Positions 1-12,381 of a stretch of 64,000 bases of DNA are shown piece by piece. This stretch comes from Camelus ferus (taxonomy: Eukaryota): NCBI RefSeq assembly GCF_009834535.1, contig NC_045697.1, positions 29,700,001 to 29,764,000 of the forward strand. Direction: 5' to 3'. The notes under the pieces were generated by a model, which worked only from the letters and a program-made list of their open reading frames with translations, was not told the DNA's origin and made no database searches. A program made the position numbers and the translations under genes. Each line of letters starts with the position of its first letter. Within the stretch, counting starts at the first letter, position 1.

Positions 1-16
1 GTTTTTTTAACATGTA

Positions 17-237
17 ATAGTACCAGGCACTGTTCAAAGTATTAAACATACTTTATCTTCAAAACGACTATATGAGGAAGAGAAATATGGCGACGGTACT
101 TCTTAGCCCTATTTTACAGATGAGGAAACAGAGGCACCACAAGTTTCAATAACTCGCCTTATAACTTGAGGTTCAAGATCACAACATCAGAATGTGAAGC
201 CAGGATTCAAAGTCGAGCAGTCTGACTCTAAAGTCCT
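17..237 (-). mobile_element. MIR
   Basis: CORE segment ccctattttacagatgaggaaacagaggc and ggattcaaa..cagtctgactct. Confidence 0.75.
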
Positions 238-239
238 GA

Positions 240-698
240 CATTTCCTGTGGCTGCTGTAACAAACACAAACTGTGCGGCTTAACACAACAGAAATGTACT
301 CTTACAGTTCCCGAGGCTTGAATTCTGATACCAAGATGCTGTAAGGACCATGCTCCCGCCTAAGCATCCAGGATAGGGTCCTTCCTAGCCTCTTCAAGCC
401 TCTAGTAGCCCCAGGGAGGCCATGGTTTGTAGCAGAGTAACTCTGACCTCTGCCTTCATCTTCACAGAGCCATCTTTCTTCTCTGTCTGTGTATCTGTCT
501 TCACATGGTGTTCTCCCTATCTGTGTCTGTGCCCAAATTTCTCTTCTTATAAGGATACCAGTTACAATGGTAAGGTCCCACCCTCCTCCAGTACAACCTC
601 ATCTTAACTTGATGACATCTTTAAAGACCATTTTTCAAATAAGGTTACATTCACAAGTACCAGGGGTTAGAACTTTAAGGTATTTTGGGGGTGGGGTG

Positions 699-730
<32 letters not shown>

Positions 731-756
731 GAGAGAGACACAATTCTACCAGTAAC
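240..756 (-). mobile_element. MaLR LTR (MLT1C/D-like)
   Basis: tttcctgtggctgctgtaacaaa..cttaacacaacagaaatg..ttcttataaggataccagt; internal (TG)n at about 697-730. Confidence 0.8.
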
Positions 757-3700
757 AGATACCTGATATGCAACTGACTCCAGAGATGCAGAAAAATGAC
801 TCAGTTTTTCTAACTAGTTAATCCTCTTGATTGGTGCAAGATTTGCTTGTTCTCAAATCACTCCTCTGAATACAGAGTGGTGGTAAGATGTTTGAGATTC
901 AAGGGTTTCTTTACATACAAGGTAAACAGAACACAATCAAAATATAAACATATTTTAAGTAAATGAGAAGCTTTGTTTATCATAAAAAAAAGCATGTATT
1001 TCCCTAGAATGGAAGCCAGTAGCATACCAGAAAAATTCAAAATAAAATACTTATAATCTGCTTACCTTCCCACTCTTTTAATTAAGCATACACCTCCATT
1101 TCTTCCATTAAGGCAATACTTTCGAGTTCTGACCAATGAACAGTAATTCAACAATATTCTATAACAGTGACCTATAATCATTTGATATTTTCTTTTAAAA
1201 TTAATAGAAGTGTCCATTTCTTTTGATTCTTTGGGGTTTATAGCTAACAGATTAAGATTACATGCAGCCTGAAAATTTTTATTAACAAAAATCAGCCCTC
1301 AAGGAAACATGTAAATGAAGTACACAGTTATGCAAGTAAACACATGTGTTTCAAGTTTCTCCCATTGATAGCTTCCCTATCCTTCCAGAGTCTTCCGTCA
1401 GACTTGTGGGTTCACCCTACACCAACTGTGCTTTGTTCAGCTGTTAATCATGTGAAACACATTCGCCACACACTGGAAACCTGACTTTCTCTGTGTGCTA
1501 AGGAAACAACCAGAAATTTCCAAAACAGGCTAATTCAGAATTTGGCCCTTTAAATAGACTTAGGGAAATTCTCAAGCATAAGTAATTATTAACCAACTCA
1601 CTACTCAAGAATTATTCTTTGAAATGTTTTTCTTAGATGACATCATTGATAACTAATTACATGAATACATCTCACCTAGATGGCAAAAAAGGACCACAAA
1701 GTTGCCTTAACTCATTTTAAATATCAAAATACAGCATTTAAGTCAGGATGCACAGTATACCAAGGCTAGTCCAAGCAAATTTCGTAGGGAAAATGATAAT
1801 TCCCAAAATCAAATTCTGGACCTGAAATCCCATTACTTTCTTGTATTCCATCATTGTCTTGATTCAAACAGAAATGGAAGTAGTAACGGCTTATTCTAAA
1901 GGATGGTTCAATTATTTTGGAAGAAACAAATGACCTATTTTTAAAATAAAGTAACAGACTTCCTGTAGGAAAAGACCACTATTAACAGGGAATAATTTAG
2001 CAAGTAAAATTCAATTTTGCTAGTACACCACATTAAAATGCAATTTTCAGACTAATATATTTACAGAACATTTCGAGACCGCCAGTCGCTCACCCCTGGC
2101 GGCTGGAGCTTATCCTTCCTAATTACACTGAGGGCATTCGCAGGACAGAATGCTCAGTGATTAGAGAAATAACTGATTTTTTTTTCCTAAAGAAAAAATC
2201 ACAATCCCAGTTACATCCTTTAAAAGTATATATCACCCTACAGGGTGTAGACATTGTCTTTGTTTAAACAGCAGTTAGAAAAAAATGCAAAGCAGCTACA
2301 ATTACAACCAATGCAGTTGGTGTCTCTGACATGAGCTTTCTCATGCTGGTTGGTCCTTAGACTCTCTCTTCTTGGGAAATTCCTGCTTTTGCTATCCGGT
2401 AGCTCTTGTAGTCTCAGGGAAATATTGATTTAAGGTTGTGTGTATGCACTCAAGCACCTGCATTCACATTTACCAAGCCAAGTTCTGTCCTCATAATCTA
2501 CCGTCAGCCTACCACCTGTTCGAGCTGGGTGCCCTTGGACAACCTGGCTTCCCCACCTGTCTTTGCAGATAACTGCAGCAGTTATCTCATACAGGTGAGG
2601 CGCCCAGTGATTCCATGTAACGCGTTCATCACAGTGACTGTTGTGTCACAGTAAGTGCTCAATAAACATGAAGCCTTATCATTTCTCTAGGTCCTCCTTC
2701 AGGTGAGAAAAAGTAGGTCACTTCTACTGATAAGACACTGATCCAGGATCAAATCCCAAACCGTAGGTCTTCCAAACCTATCCAACTACAATATGAGGCA
2801 TCAAACACACTGAGGAACTGCCACCACGTTCTCTGAAGACACTAAAAGGGGAGGAGTGAGGTAACAAATATCACCAAGACCATGGAGTTGAATATAAAGC
2901 ATTAAAAACCTATTACCAATAACAAATGTCTCCCCATCAGCCTTTTTTTTTTTAAGAATTAACTTTTTAAATATTTTAATCCTAAATAGTATGTAAGTTT
3001 TTGATCAAGGACCATCTTCCATAGCACAGTAAAATATGTGGAGTTAATCTAGAATGTCTGGTCAACCTACTGATCATTTCTACAACAGGAAATCAAGAAA
3101 GTAAGTATCTTGTTCACTTTATAGCACACATTTTCACATTATCACAGAAAACCCCCACCCACCCAGGTAGGTATCATTCATTCTAGATATTCTATAGATG
3201 GAGAAACTGTGGCTCCAGCAGGGTACCTGCTTTTACCCACCTATCCCAGGGCAGGGCCCAAATTGGAAGTGGATTCTGTCCAGATCTAAAGTCTATGCTC
3301 TCTTTAGAACAACACAGACAAGCAAAAGAAGGGTTCTGCCACCTGGTCATTTGGCTATAAGGGCACACTCAGCAGTATAAATGTGAAAGGTGCCACGGTT
3401 TTTGAGGACATCCCAATGAAGATTAATTTTTACCAAATCACTTCATCCCCAAGTAGAAGTCAGTAACACACACAGTCAAAAACATGGCCCACATAGAGCA
3501 TACCCAGTTCACAATTTGCATCTGGGTCAGTGTTAGTTCCACACTAAAGAAAGCTTTTGAAAGCTTTCAGGGTCAGGTTCAGGTGAGTGGCACCTCCACC
3601 TTCCCCAGCTCCTGGGGTCCTTGCCCTCCCATCCCTTAGAGCCTCAGCCCCGGTGGCAGATTGCACAGAGGTTAGGACAGGCCCTGAGGTGCTTCAATCC

Positions 3701-3859
3701 AAAGCAAATTAATTCCTCCTCCAGGTTCCAAATGACAATCAGTCGAGACTCCTTGAGTCACAGTACCTGGGCTGGTGAAGACCCAGGACTGGTTTTGTTT
3801 TTTGTTTTTTGTTTTTTGTTTTTTAATTTATTGATTTTTGTTGTTGTTAAACTTTTGGG

Positions 3860-4170
3860 TTTTTTGTGGTAAGATATACATAACAAAATTTATCATTTTA
3901 GGCATTTTTAAGTGTATAGTTATGTGGAATTAAATTCATTCACACTGTTGTGTAACCATTACCACCATCCATCTCCAGAACTTTTTCATCTTCCCCACCT
4001 GACACTCTGGACCCATTAAACACTAACTCCCCACCACCTCTTCCCTCCAGACCCTGGCAGCCACCCTTCCACTCTCTGTCTCTATGACTCTGTCTTCTCC
4101 AGGCATCACAGCTAAGTACCTTCATACAATACTTTCCCTTTGGTGACTGGCTTGTGTCACTAAGCATAGC
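3860..4170 (-). mobile_element. L1MB-type 3'UTR fragment
   Basis: acataacaaaatttatcatttta..ccatccatctccagaactttttcatc..cctggcagccacc..gtgactggctt. Confidence 0.75.
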
Positions 4171-4569
4171 AAGCAGTTCTCTCTGTTCCCAGTTAGTCTC
4201 CTCGAAGAAACACCCCTGAAATGCATATCCTTTAGATGAATTAAAAATGAATACAGAAGAATTACAATTTTCCCTTTTTCTCACTGCTAAAAGGATATAA
4301 AAACACTGAGGATGGCTGGGGAAGAAGAGAGAGAAAGCCAACAAAGTCACCCACAACATCACCATGAAATGTTTGTTCATTTCTACCCATTCTCTCATCA
4401 TCTTTTGCTTTCTGCAAACAAAACTTTATAACTGCATCACGTTGGGCACCCTCTTCTTTTAGCTAAACCATCTATCAAAACGATATATCTGCAAGTATTT
4501 CAGAAGTTAACTTTCAAGGTCAACACTAAGGAAAAGTAAATGTGCTTTCATGAAAACTAGTATCCACCA

Positions 4570-4667
4570 GTGGGGGAGGGTATAGCTCAAGTGGTGGAGT
4601 GCATGCTTAGCATGCATGAGGTCCTGGGTTCAATCCCCAGCACCTCCTCCAAAAAATAAATAAATAA

Positions 4668-4715
<48 letters not shown>

Positions 4716-4747
4716 ACCTAATTACCTCCCCAACCACCCCCCCAAAA
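4570..4747 (+). mobile_element. tRNA-derived SINE (camelid Vic-1-like)
   Basis: A-box TATAGCTCAAGTGG, B-box GGTTCAATCCCC, A-rich tail with cctaattacctcccc; imperfect TSD aaaa..gtatccacc at 4553-4568 and 4748-4763. Confidence 0.88.
4671..4714. repeat. (GATA)11 microsatellite in SINE tail
   Basis: Read directly; follows (AAAT)n. Confidence 0.95.
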
Positions 4748-6163
4748 AAAAGTTGTATCCACCGAGCTCTCCTATGATAGAAGTAAGTTTAAATTGCCTT
4801 AAGTTTCACTCTAATACAAGGAAATTTTTTTCGGCAAAATGGTACCACACTGTTGAATTGTTGGTGCTGCAGAAAGTAACACCTTTACAAACATTCATAC
4901 AACAATCATTTAAATGTTAAGCAAAAATGTATATCGTCTATGACTGTGGCCATCCATCCCACTATTCTCAGTGGAAAACCACACAACAGCATCTAATGAA
5001 AATCCCATTTTCTTTACAAGAAATAAAGCTAATAATGCCAAAAATCAACACTCTCCCCAGTTGTCTATTTTTATTGGCTTCTCTTGTAAGCCACACGTTC
5101 TCAGAACAAAAGGGTGGAAAAGATAAAATTCAATAAAACGCCACATCTTATTTTTGTTTCTTGTTTCTACTTGGAGCTTGTAAAATATACACATAACAGC
5201 AGGATCTAATACCAGTAAAGGAAAATGATTTAAGCTAAAATAAAACTCGAGTCAGCAGGAGATGACTTTGATCGGGAGACCATTATACGTAAGTTGATGG
5301 AATGCAAGACTTCCTTTATTTATTTTAGCACAAATAACCCCAAGTCCTGGAAGAAGAGACATTTTTAGAAAACGACACTGACCCAGTTGCATAGTCTCAT
5401 GAATAAGAGCGGGGAGCGTTACTTCTGTTGCACCGCTGCTCATACACTTTCTGCTCAAATCATGGGAATATATTTAATTCGAATGCCGGAGACTTTCACC
5501 CCTGAATTTCGAGGTAATAGACGGTTGAAGACATGGAAGTCCTGACCACATTCATGGTATCCAACTTATCTGCTTTCACGTTAAATCTCCTGTCTCATTC
5601 AGGGAAAGTGCCGATGCCATGAAAAGAGGACACTGACAAGGGGGACCAAAAAAGACTAATCACTGCAAATTCAAAGTGTAAGTTCCCAGAACCAGAAGGA
5701 ACCCCCAAGGGACTCCAAGCCCTAATTCTCCCCAGTGCTCCACTCCTGGCTCTTCCCTGGGTGGAGGGTTTAGGGGGCTGTTCCATCTACATCTGCAGCT
5801 TCTTTTAACCCTCTGTTTAGTGAAGTGCTGCTTCAACTTTCTAGAAACTGCCCCAAGCACAAAAAATCAGCAGCACAGGAGAGGAGCTTCTTCCCATCCC
5901 TGACAACTGAACCAAACACCCTTTTACTCTGATTATTCTCCCCACATAAATATTCTCTCAAAAAGACTCATCCCAGGCTCTTCCTCAAATGAAAATTTTC
6001 AGTGAGCTCACCCCACCTAGACCCTTTCCTGGCTCTGTGCCAAACAAGAACCAGACTGGTCAGAGAATAAGACTCTTCAAAGATACAGACCTAGCCCACC
6101 TGCTCTGACTTCAGGAAGGACCAAAACTAAACACATCTCAACACAAAGGAAATCTAAAAGCCA

Positions 6164-6164
<1 letters not shown>

Positions 6165-6204
<40 letters not shown>
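6165..6204. repeat. (TG)20 microsatellite
   Basis: Read directly. Confidence 0.97.
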
Positions 6205-6207
<3 letters not shown>

Positions 6208-7132
6208 TTTACATTGGGATTCAGATTCTAAAATGTCAGGAAAACTCCAGTCCAGTGTTAACCAAGCCTGACCCCCAGGTTTATTTTTCTCATCCCTAAT
6301 GCTCACCCTCAGCCACTCCAGCAGGTCACTCCTCTCTCCCGCCTTCCACCTAGAGTCAGCTGACCTCCTAGGCACTGTTTAGATACCCAAAAGAAGACAG
6401 AATGCAGTCATAATTTGAACAATTCAGGTCAAAAACCACTCTCCATTCACTCACTGAGGCAAAAGCAGTGCAGAAATGGCTTGAGTCTCGAGGGCATTAT
6501 AGCCAGCTCCTCCCCTGAATGCACTGAATGAGCAATGACCTCTCGGGCTCTAAACACAACTGATCTCTGGCCTCAAGTCGTGGCACTGTTCAACTGAGCA
6601 CGAGGCATGAGCAAAACCAGTATGAGAAATCCTGTCCCCACCAAAGATGCTACGGCCTCTACAAAGATGAGAAAGCTGCTGGGGGGTGAACAAAGAGCAG
6701 TCTGCCTCACGTGAGTTGTTCTTCTAGGTGCACGCAAAGCAGGACCTTTACAGTTGGCTGTCCACGGCGCGCACGGAGAAACACTAGTTCAGAAGAAACT
6801 GAGCAAAATGGACCCACAGGCCAATGCTAGATTAAATGAAGTTAATTAGCCTCTTTCCAGCAGGACGTCTTGAATATGTTGCTGGGGAGAGTGGGTAGAT
6901 GCAGCTTTCTGAATTTAACGGCAGAAACCTTTATTCACAATGTATTCCCAACCACTTGAGTTTCCAATCACTTTGGGGAACAGTGCTTTCGAGGACATGG
7001 GAGGAAGGTTAGAAGCCGAGGCCTAGAAGAGCAGGCACAATAACAAGGCGACATCAATCCAGTTTTTGGGACTACAGGAACATCAGGGCTCCTTGAAAAG
7101 ATTTTTTTCTAATGTATTCCTTGACTATCCTT

Positions 7133-7350
7133 GTTTTTTAATTGAAGTATAGTCGATCTACAATGTTGTGTTAGTCTCAGGTGCACAGCAAAGTGATTCA
7201 GTTATACATACATACATACATGTATTCTTTTTCCATCATAGGTTATTACAAGATACTGAATACGGTTCCCTGTGTAATACAGTAGGTCGCTGTTATCTAT
7301 TTTATATGTAGTAGTGTGTATCTGTGAATCCCAAACTCCTACTTTATCCC
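7133..7350 (-). mobile_element. Artiodactyl L1 3'UTR fragment
   Basis: Reverse complement resembles the 3'UTR at 44680-44889 (attgaagtatagt..tacaatgttgtgttag..ataggttattacaagat..aatcccaaactcct). Confidence 0.8.
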
Positions 7351-8302
7351 TGCCTTCAAAGAGATGCTTTGAAGTGAGGCCCTGCACCATTCTCTTGGCC
7401 TGAAATTGCTCCTCTCCATGTCATGATCTCGACATGGCCACCAATTACTGCCACTCAGGAAACAGCTCAGTAGTCACCTACTAGGACCAAATACCTGCTA
7501 GGCACTTTGCATCACATCCCCGTCTCCATGTTCTTCATAACCTCTCGCACGAAGACAGCAGAGCGTGGTACTCAGTGCCATACCCTCAGGGCCCACTGGC
7601 ACATAGTAAGAGCTTAATAAACTTTTGCAGAATGAGTAAGTAAATGAGGTATTCTGGCTATCCCTCCCTCTGGTTTGGAGAAATGATTACTTACACATCT
7701 GTTTATATTTAATTTGGGTTCAATATGATTTATTATTTCAAATAAAGAGGCCATGCTTATGCTGTGGTTGCTAAATTAAATGACATCTGCATTTCCTGTG
7801 GACACATATTTTCATACTGAGCCACTATAAGAAGACTATGTATTTCTGAGTCCTTCCGGAAACAATAATGGGTTTAAAGTGAGCCCCTCCCTTAGACTTC
7901 TCTAGAATTTGAACATAAAACCACAAAGTTAACCAGCTCTTACATTAACTCATACCAACCCATTAACATCATCATAATCGGGGATAAACTCTCAGGAAAA
8001 CTAGATGCTGAAAATATCCTGGGGCATATTTATCAAAGCCTCCAATGATAAAATTCTTTTCCATTCATATACTCATTCTTTGACAAATGTTTATCAAGCA
8101 CCCAGGACTTCCTAAGCACTGGGAACACAACGATCAGGAAGTCACAGTATATCCCTCGAGAACTTAGCAGCTGAGGAGGGGAGTCAGGGAAGTAAATGGT
8201 TACAACCCTGTGTGACAACAAAGGCGGGCTGTAAGTGGGCGTAAGGAGTCTACTGGGGGAGCGAGACGAGCCAGTCACCCTGTCCCGGGTGACTATGTAC
8301 CC

Positions 8303-8480
8303 CAGTGGTCTTCCAAGTGAGGTCCCCAGACCAGCAGCATCAAAATCACCTGGGAAGTTGTTAGAAGTGCAAACTTGCATCAGGCCACACCAAAGACCTG
8401 TGGGATCAGAAACTCTGGGGTGGGGCCAGCAATGTGTGTTTTAATAAGCCCTCGGGTCATCCTGACACACACTGAGGTGG
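8303..8480. mobile_element. MER5A (hAT-Charlie MITE)
   Basis: cagtggtcttccaagtg..ccagaccagcagcatc..cacctggga..tgttagaagtgcaaa..tcagaaactctggggtggggcc. Confidence 0.82.
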
Positions 8481-10424
8481 ATGATGATTAAGCTACTTCC
8501 TGAAGGAGGAGCAAAAAAGTCAAGCAGGTAAAGAAGAGGCAGATGGTAAGAATGGTTGCAGGCAAGGGGAACAGGATAAAAGGCCCAAGAAAACCTGGCA
8601 CCTTGTAAGAACAGTGAGGCTGGAGCTCAGCACAAGACAGAGAGCTCAGCAGATCATGAAAGGGGTCAGGTGCAGCGCCAAGGAGCTGAGCTCCTCCAGA
8701 GGGCAGCAAGGAGCCCTGAGGGTTGGGACGTGCCCAGACCCCTACATTTCAAAAGATCACCTCGGAGGCAGTGTTGAGAACAAGGAGAGGCCACGAAGAA
8801 GGAGCTGCAGATTCCTAGGTGAGAGGCGAAATGATGGGAAGGAAAGTGGAGGCACCCTATCAGAAATGGCTGGCAGTCAGGGCGTCCCAGTCAGCTGTAG
8901 AGACGGAGGCACCAGGGGTGCAGTGGGACAGACTGAGCATCCCTTCTCCTGGGAAGCCTTGCCTGACGCACACCCCACACCCAGCCAGGGCAGGTGCTGG
9001 TCTGGGAAGCAATGAATGCTTCCGGTAGTACACATCACATTTACCGTAGTTAGTTGTTTAGCTGTCAGTCTTTCCCTACAGACCGACAGCGTCGAGCAGG
9101 CAGAGGCAGTGGCTGTCCTGGTCAGTTTCCATGTACATCCTTTGGAACAGCGCCCAGAGCCTGGGAAGCCAAACTGAATGAATGGAGCTGGACAAGCCAG
9201 GAGGCCACCGAGAGGCCACTGCTCTCATTCGGGGGAGAGAGGACTGTGTCGTGGGGAAAGAATTAGATAGCTATTATCAACTGAATTTAATTTTTCTCTA
9301 GTCTGCTAATACCATTCAAAACACCAAATGAAAAAAAAAACATTTAAAAGTAAATCATGTTATGAAAATTCAAAAGTAAATCTGATCTGTTGAGTAGAGT
9401 GGAGTCCACAAGCTCGTCTCCTTGCCGAAAGTCAGAAAGGATCATGGTTTGAGCATATTTGCAAGTGAAAATACAACACAGTTCTAGGCCACAGACTGCC
9501 TAGAGACTGCCACCTAATTGAGATAACAAGTTTGCTTCCTTTTGTTTTCAGAACAACTCTGCAAAGCCCCTAAGTAGAGGACAGAGACATTGCAAATCCC
9601 ACTGAGACAGTCAGAGTCTTTGCTTTGATTTTTAGAAATGATTTCAAACAGGCAGATAATGTTGTGACCTAATTACAGGGTATTTTGGAAACAGCAGGCA
9701 CCTAACTTGGGGGTGGAGTTGGTGGGCGCAGAGGGAAGAGTTACTCAGCAGGCAGTACCACCTGCCTCTCAACCCTGCACGGAGTTTTATAGAGAAGGGA
9801 GCTGTGATGATCAGGAAGTAATGCAACGTCTCCCCTGACCTGCTTCCCGTCTTCTCACCATTCCCAAAATAGACAGAGCTAAGGAAAATCATAAATATAT
9901 TTCCCAGTCCTCTAGGGGGAAGGTTCATTAAAGGCATAAATTTGGATCCCTGGGGGGAAAAAAAAAGGATGAAAGGCAAAGCTATTGAAAGTCCTAGAAT
10001 CAAGAGATGGAAACAGTGGGAAATAAAGGCCATGGACAAAAAGGAACCAGAGAAACAAAAACAATGCGCAATTCTTACAGCAAAGCAAACTGAGAGGTGG
10101 TGCCACAGGTTTGCTCGGCTATCCTGGATTCTCCAAACTAAATTCCAGCTCTTCAGAGTCAAAAGCTAAAGTTTTTGCTTGAAACTAAAAATAATAATAA
10201 CTGTTAAGGTCTTACCTTATGCCAAGTTTTGCTGTGAGCCCTTATCATTCATTCACCCATGAAATCCTCATAACAACCACACCGTGAGGAAACTTGGGCC
10301 ATGTAATTCTGTTGCCCAAATGTAACTGTGACATCCACGACCACGTGGCTATGGAATTGCAGAGCAGTACTGGAATCCTGAGAGTCTGGCTTGTGACCAC
10401 CGAACCTCTAGGTACCCCCTAGGC

Positions 10425-10570
10425 CCGTCCTGCGCTTGGACGAGTTAGCAGCATCCTTGGTCCCCACCCACTTGATGCCACCATGATGGCAATCAAAAAT
10501 GTCTCCAGAGAGTATTGCCAAGTGTTCCCGGGGTGGGGGGCAAAACTGCCCCCTCTGAGAACCACAGCCA
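10425..10570. mobile_element. MER20 fragment
   Basis: ttagcagcatccttgg..acccacttgatgcca..caatcaaaaatgtctccaga..ttgccaagtg..gggggcaaaactgccc..tgagaaccac. Confidence 0.78.
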
Positions 10571-12331
10571 TAGACATTTCAAGGCCAAATCTCTAGGTCC
10601 TTTCTAGAAGCAGCAGCAAATCCTAGGTGTCGGATGGCAGGCTACACCAGTTCCACTGAGTCAGAGAAACATGGAAAAGGAGACAGCTGAAGGGTTTTCC
10701 GCAGTGGGGCTTACAGCAGTCCTTTGCCACCACTCCTGTTCTGTACGGCTCCCGACTCTCCATCCCCTCAGAGCCTCACCCGCGTGCCCCTACTGCAGCA
10801 CCTGATGAAGATGCTCTGGTACACTCCTCTCCATCTTCCTGAACTTCACACCGTACCTGGCACAAAGCATTGCTCAGGAACCATTTGCTGAACAAAGGCA
10901 TGGGCAAATGAAGCCAAGCTTTCTGGGCGACCCCAACTGAATGCATGTCTGTCTTCACTAGTGATCTGGAAAAGCTATCAATAAATAAAGCTTGGTTAGT
11001 GGGGAGGATAAGAGCCTCTGGTCAGAATCTGAGGTTGAATCAGTGTTTCCTGAAGTATCTATACCCCTCTGAAGCTCACTGTGAGTCCAGACCATGGTTC
11101 AGCCCTGCTCAGAAATTCCAATTATATTCATTCACCCAATAGTGAATCAGCTCAAGAAACCTAACTCATGCTAAGGAAATTCTATTTATTCATAACTTCC
11201 ACTGACACACAGTACTGCCCAGCAAATCGAGATCCTCAGTGTGGCGGGTGTGCTAACTGACTCTTGCCCAGGACAAAGGTCTACTTGGGAAACCAAATGA
11301 AGATCAGAAGGTAAGAACAGAGCCATTAACCAGGAGCATGCAGAATGCTACCAGGAAGAGGCACCCACCACTCTCACTCCAGACCCATCACTCGAGTAGC
11401 CAGAAGCCTCAAGTCGGCCTCAGGGCTGCTGGAGAAGCTCTGAAATCCTCACATCAACTTTCTCCAGTCACCAGAGGCCTCTGTCACCCCAATGCTGCCT
11501 CCTGATTGGCATGTGACAACCAATCAGATTCTGGTGCATTTTATTTATAGCAGAAATATCCTAGACTGGCATCTGCCCAGAAAGATTCAACACAGCCACC
11601 CTTAGTTTCAAACATATTTAGAAATTATATCTGGATTTTCCTACTACTCAATTTGTGTTCAGAGGAAAGAAATGCACATTGGAGCCATAACCGAGAGGCA
11701 ACAGCTCCACCACTCAGTATGCAGATTTAGATTAATGTCCATTTTGAAAATGGAGGAAAGATGAAAATTTCACCTTTTTCCCCAAAGGCTGAATTTAGGA
11801 AAGTTTCATGCTGTGATGTGAAGAAGAAGAATACAGGCTTTGTTTAGAGCCTGGGCAAGTCCTTTAATGTTTCTGAACCATAGTTTCCTCACCTATAAAA
11901 GGAGAAGAAAGGAGGTACCCCAAAAGACTAAGTGAAATGTTCCCTCTATAGCAGCAGGCAGAGCTTGCCCTTAATTAATATGTTACTTCTCCCTGTCAGT
12001 TCCTCAACAACTCATGGACTCCTCTGTATTGATTACAGTTCCAGGTCAAGCATCAGTGTTCACTGTGTAGCCTTTAGTGAAAAGGACTTCAGTTTCCTTA
12101 TCTGTAAAATGGGAACAGCACCACAGTGGTTTGTAAGAATTAAATAGGGTAAAAGCTACAAAGCTCTAGCACAAAGTAAGAGTTCCACAATATTAATCAT
12201 ACATTATTATTATGACCAATGAGATCCAAATAGTACTAAGCACAGATCTTTAAAGTATTATCTGAAAATACATTACTACCTATTTCCTTAAGCTACTCTT
12301 TAAAACCCAGAAATAATTTGCAGGGTTTTTG

Positions 12332-12381
12332 GTTTTGTTTTGTTTTGTTTTGTTTTGTTTTGTTTTGTTTTGTTTTGTTTT
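12332..12381. repeat. (GTTTT)10 microsatellite
   Basis: Read directly. Confidence 0.95.

Noticed and set aside
4572..4645. tRNA-like sequence with A and B boxes (also near 48044, 57050 and 61580)
   Set aside because: Followed by A-rich tails and flanked by TSDs, so these are SINE heads, not tRNA genes.
8693..8707. CTCF-like motif CCTCCAGAGGGCAGC
   Set aside because: Single motif match within an old repeat-like segment; not supportable without ChIP or conservation data.
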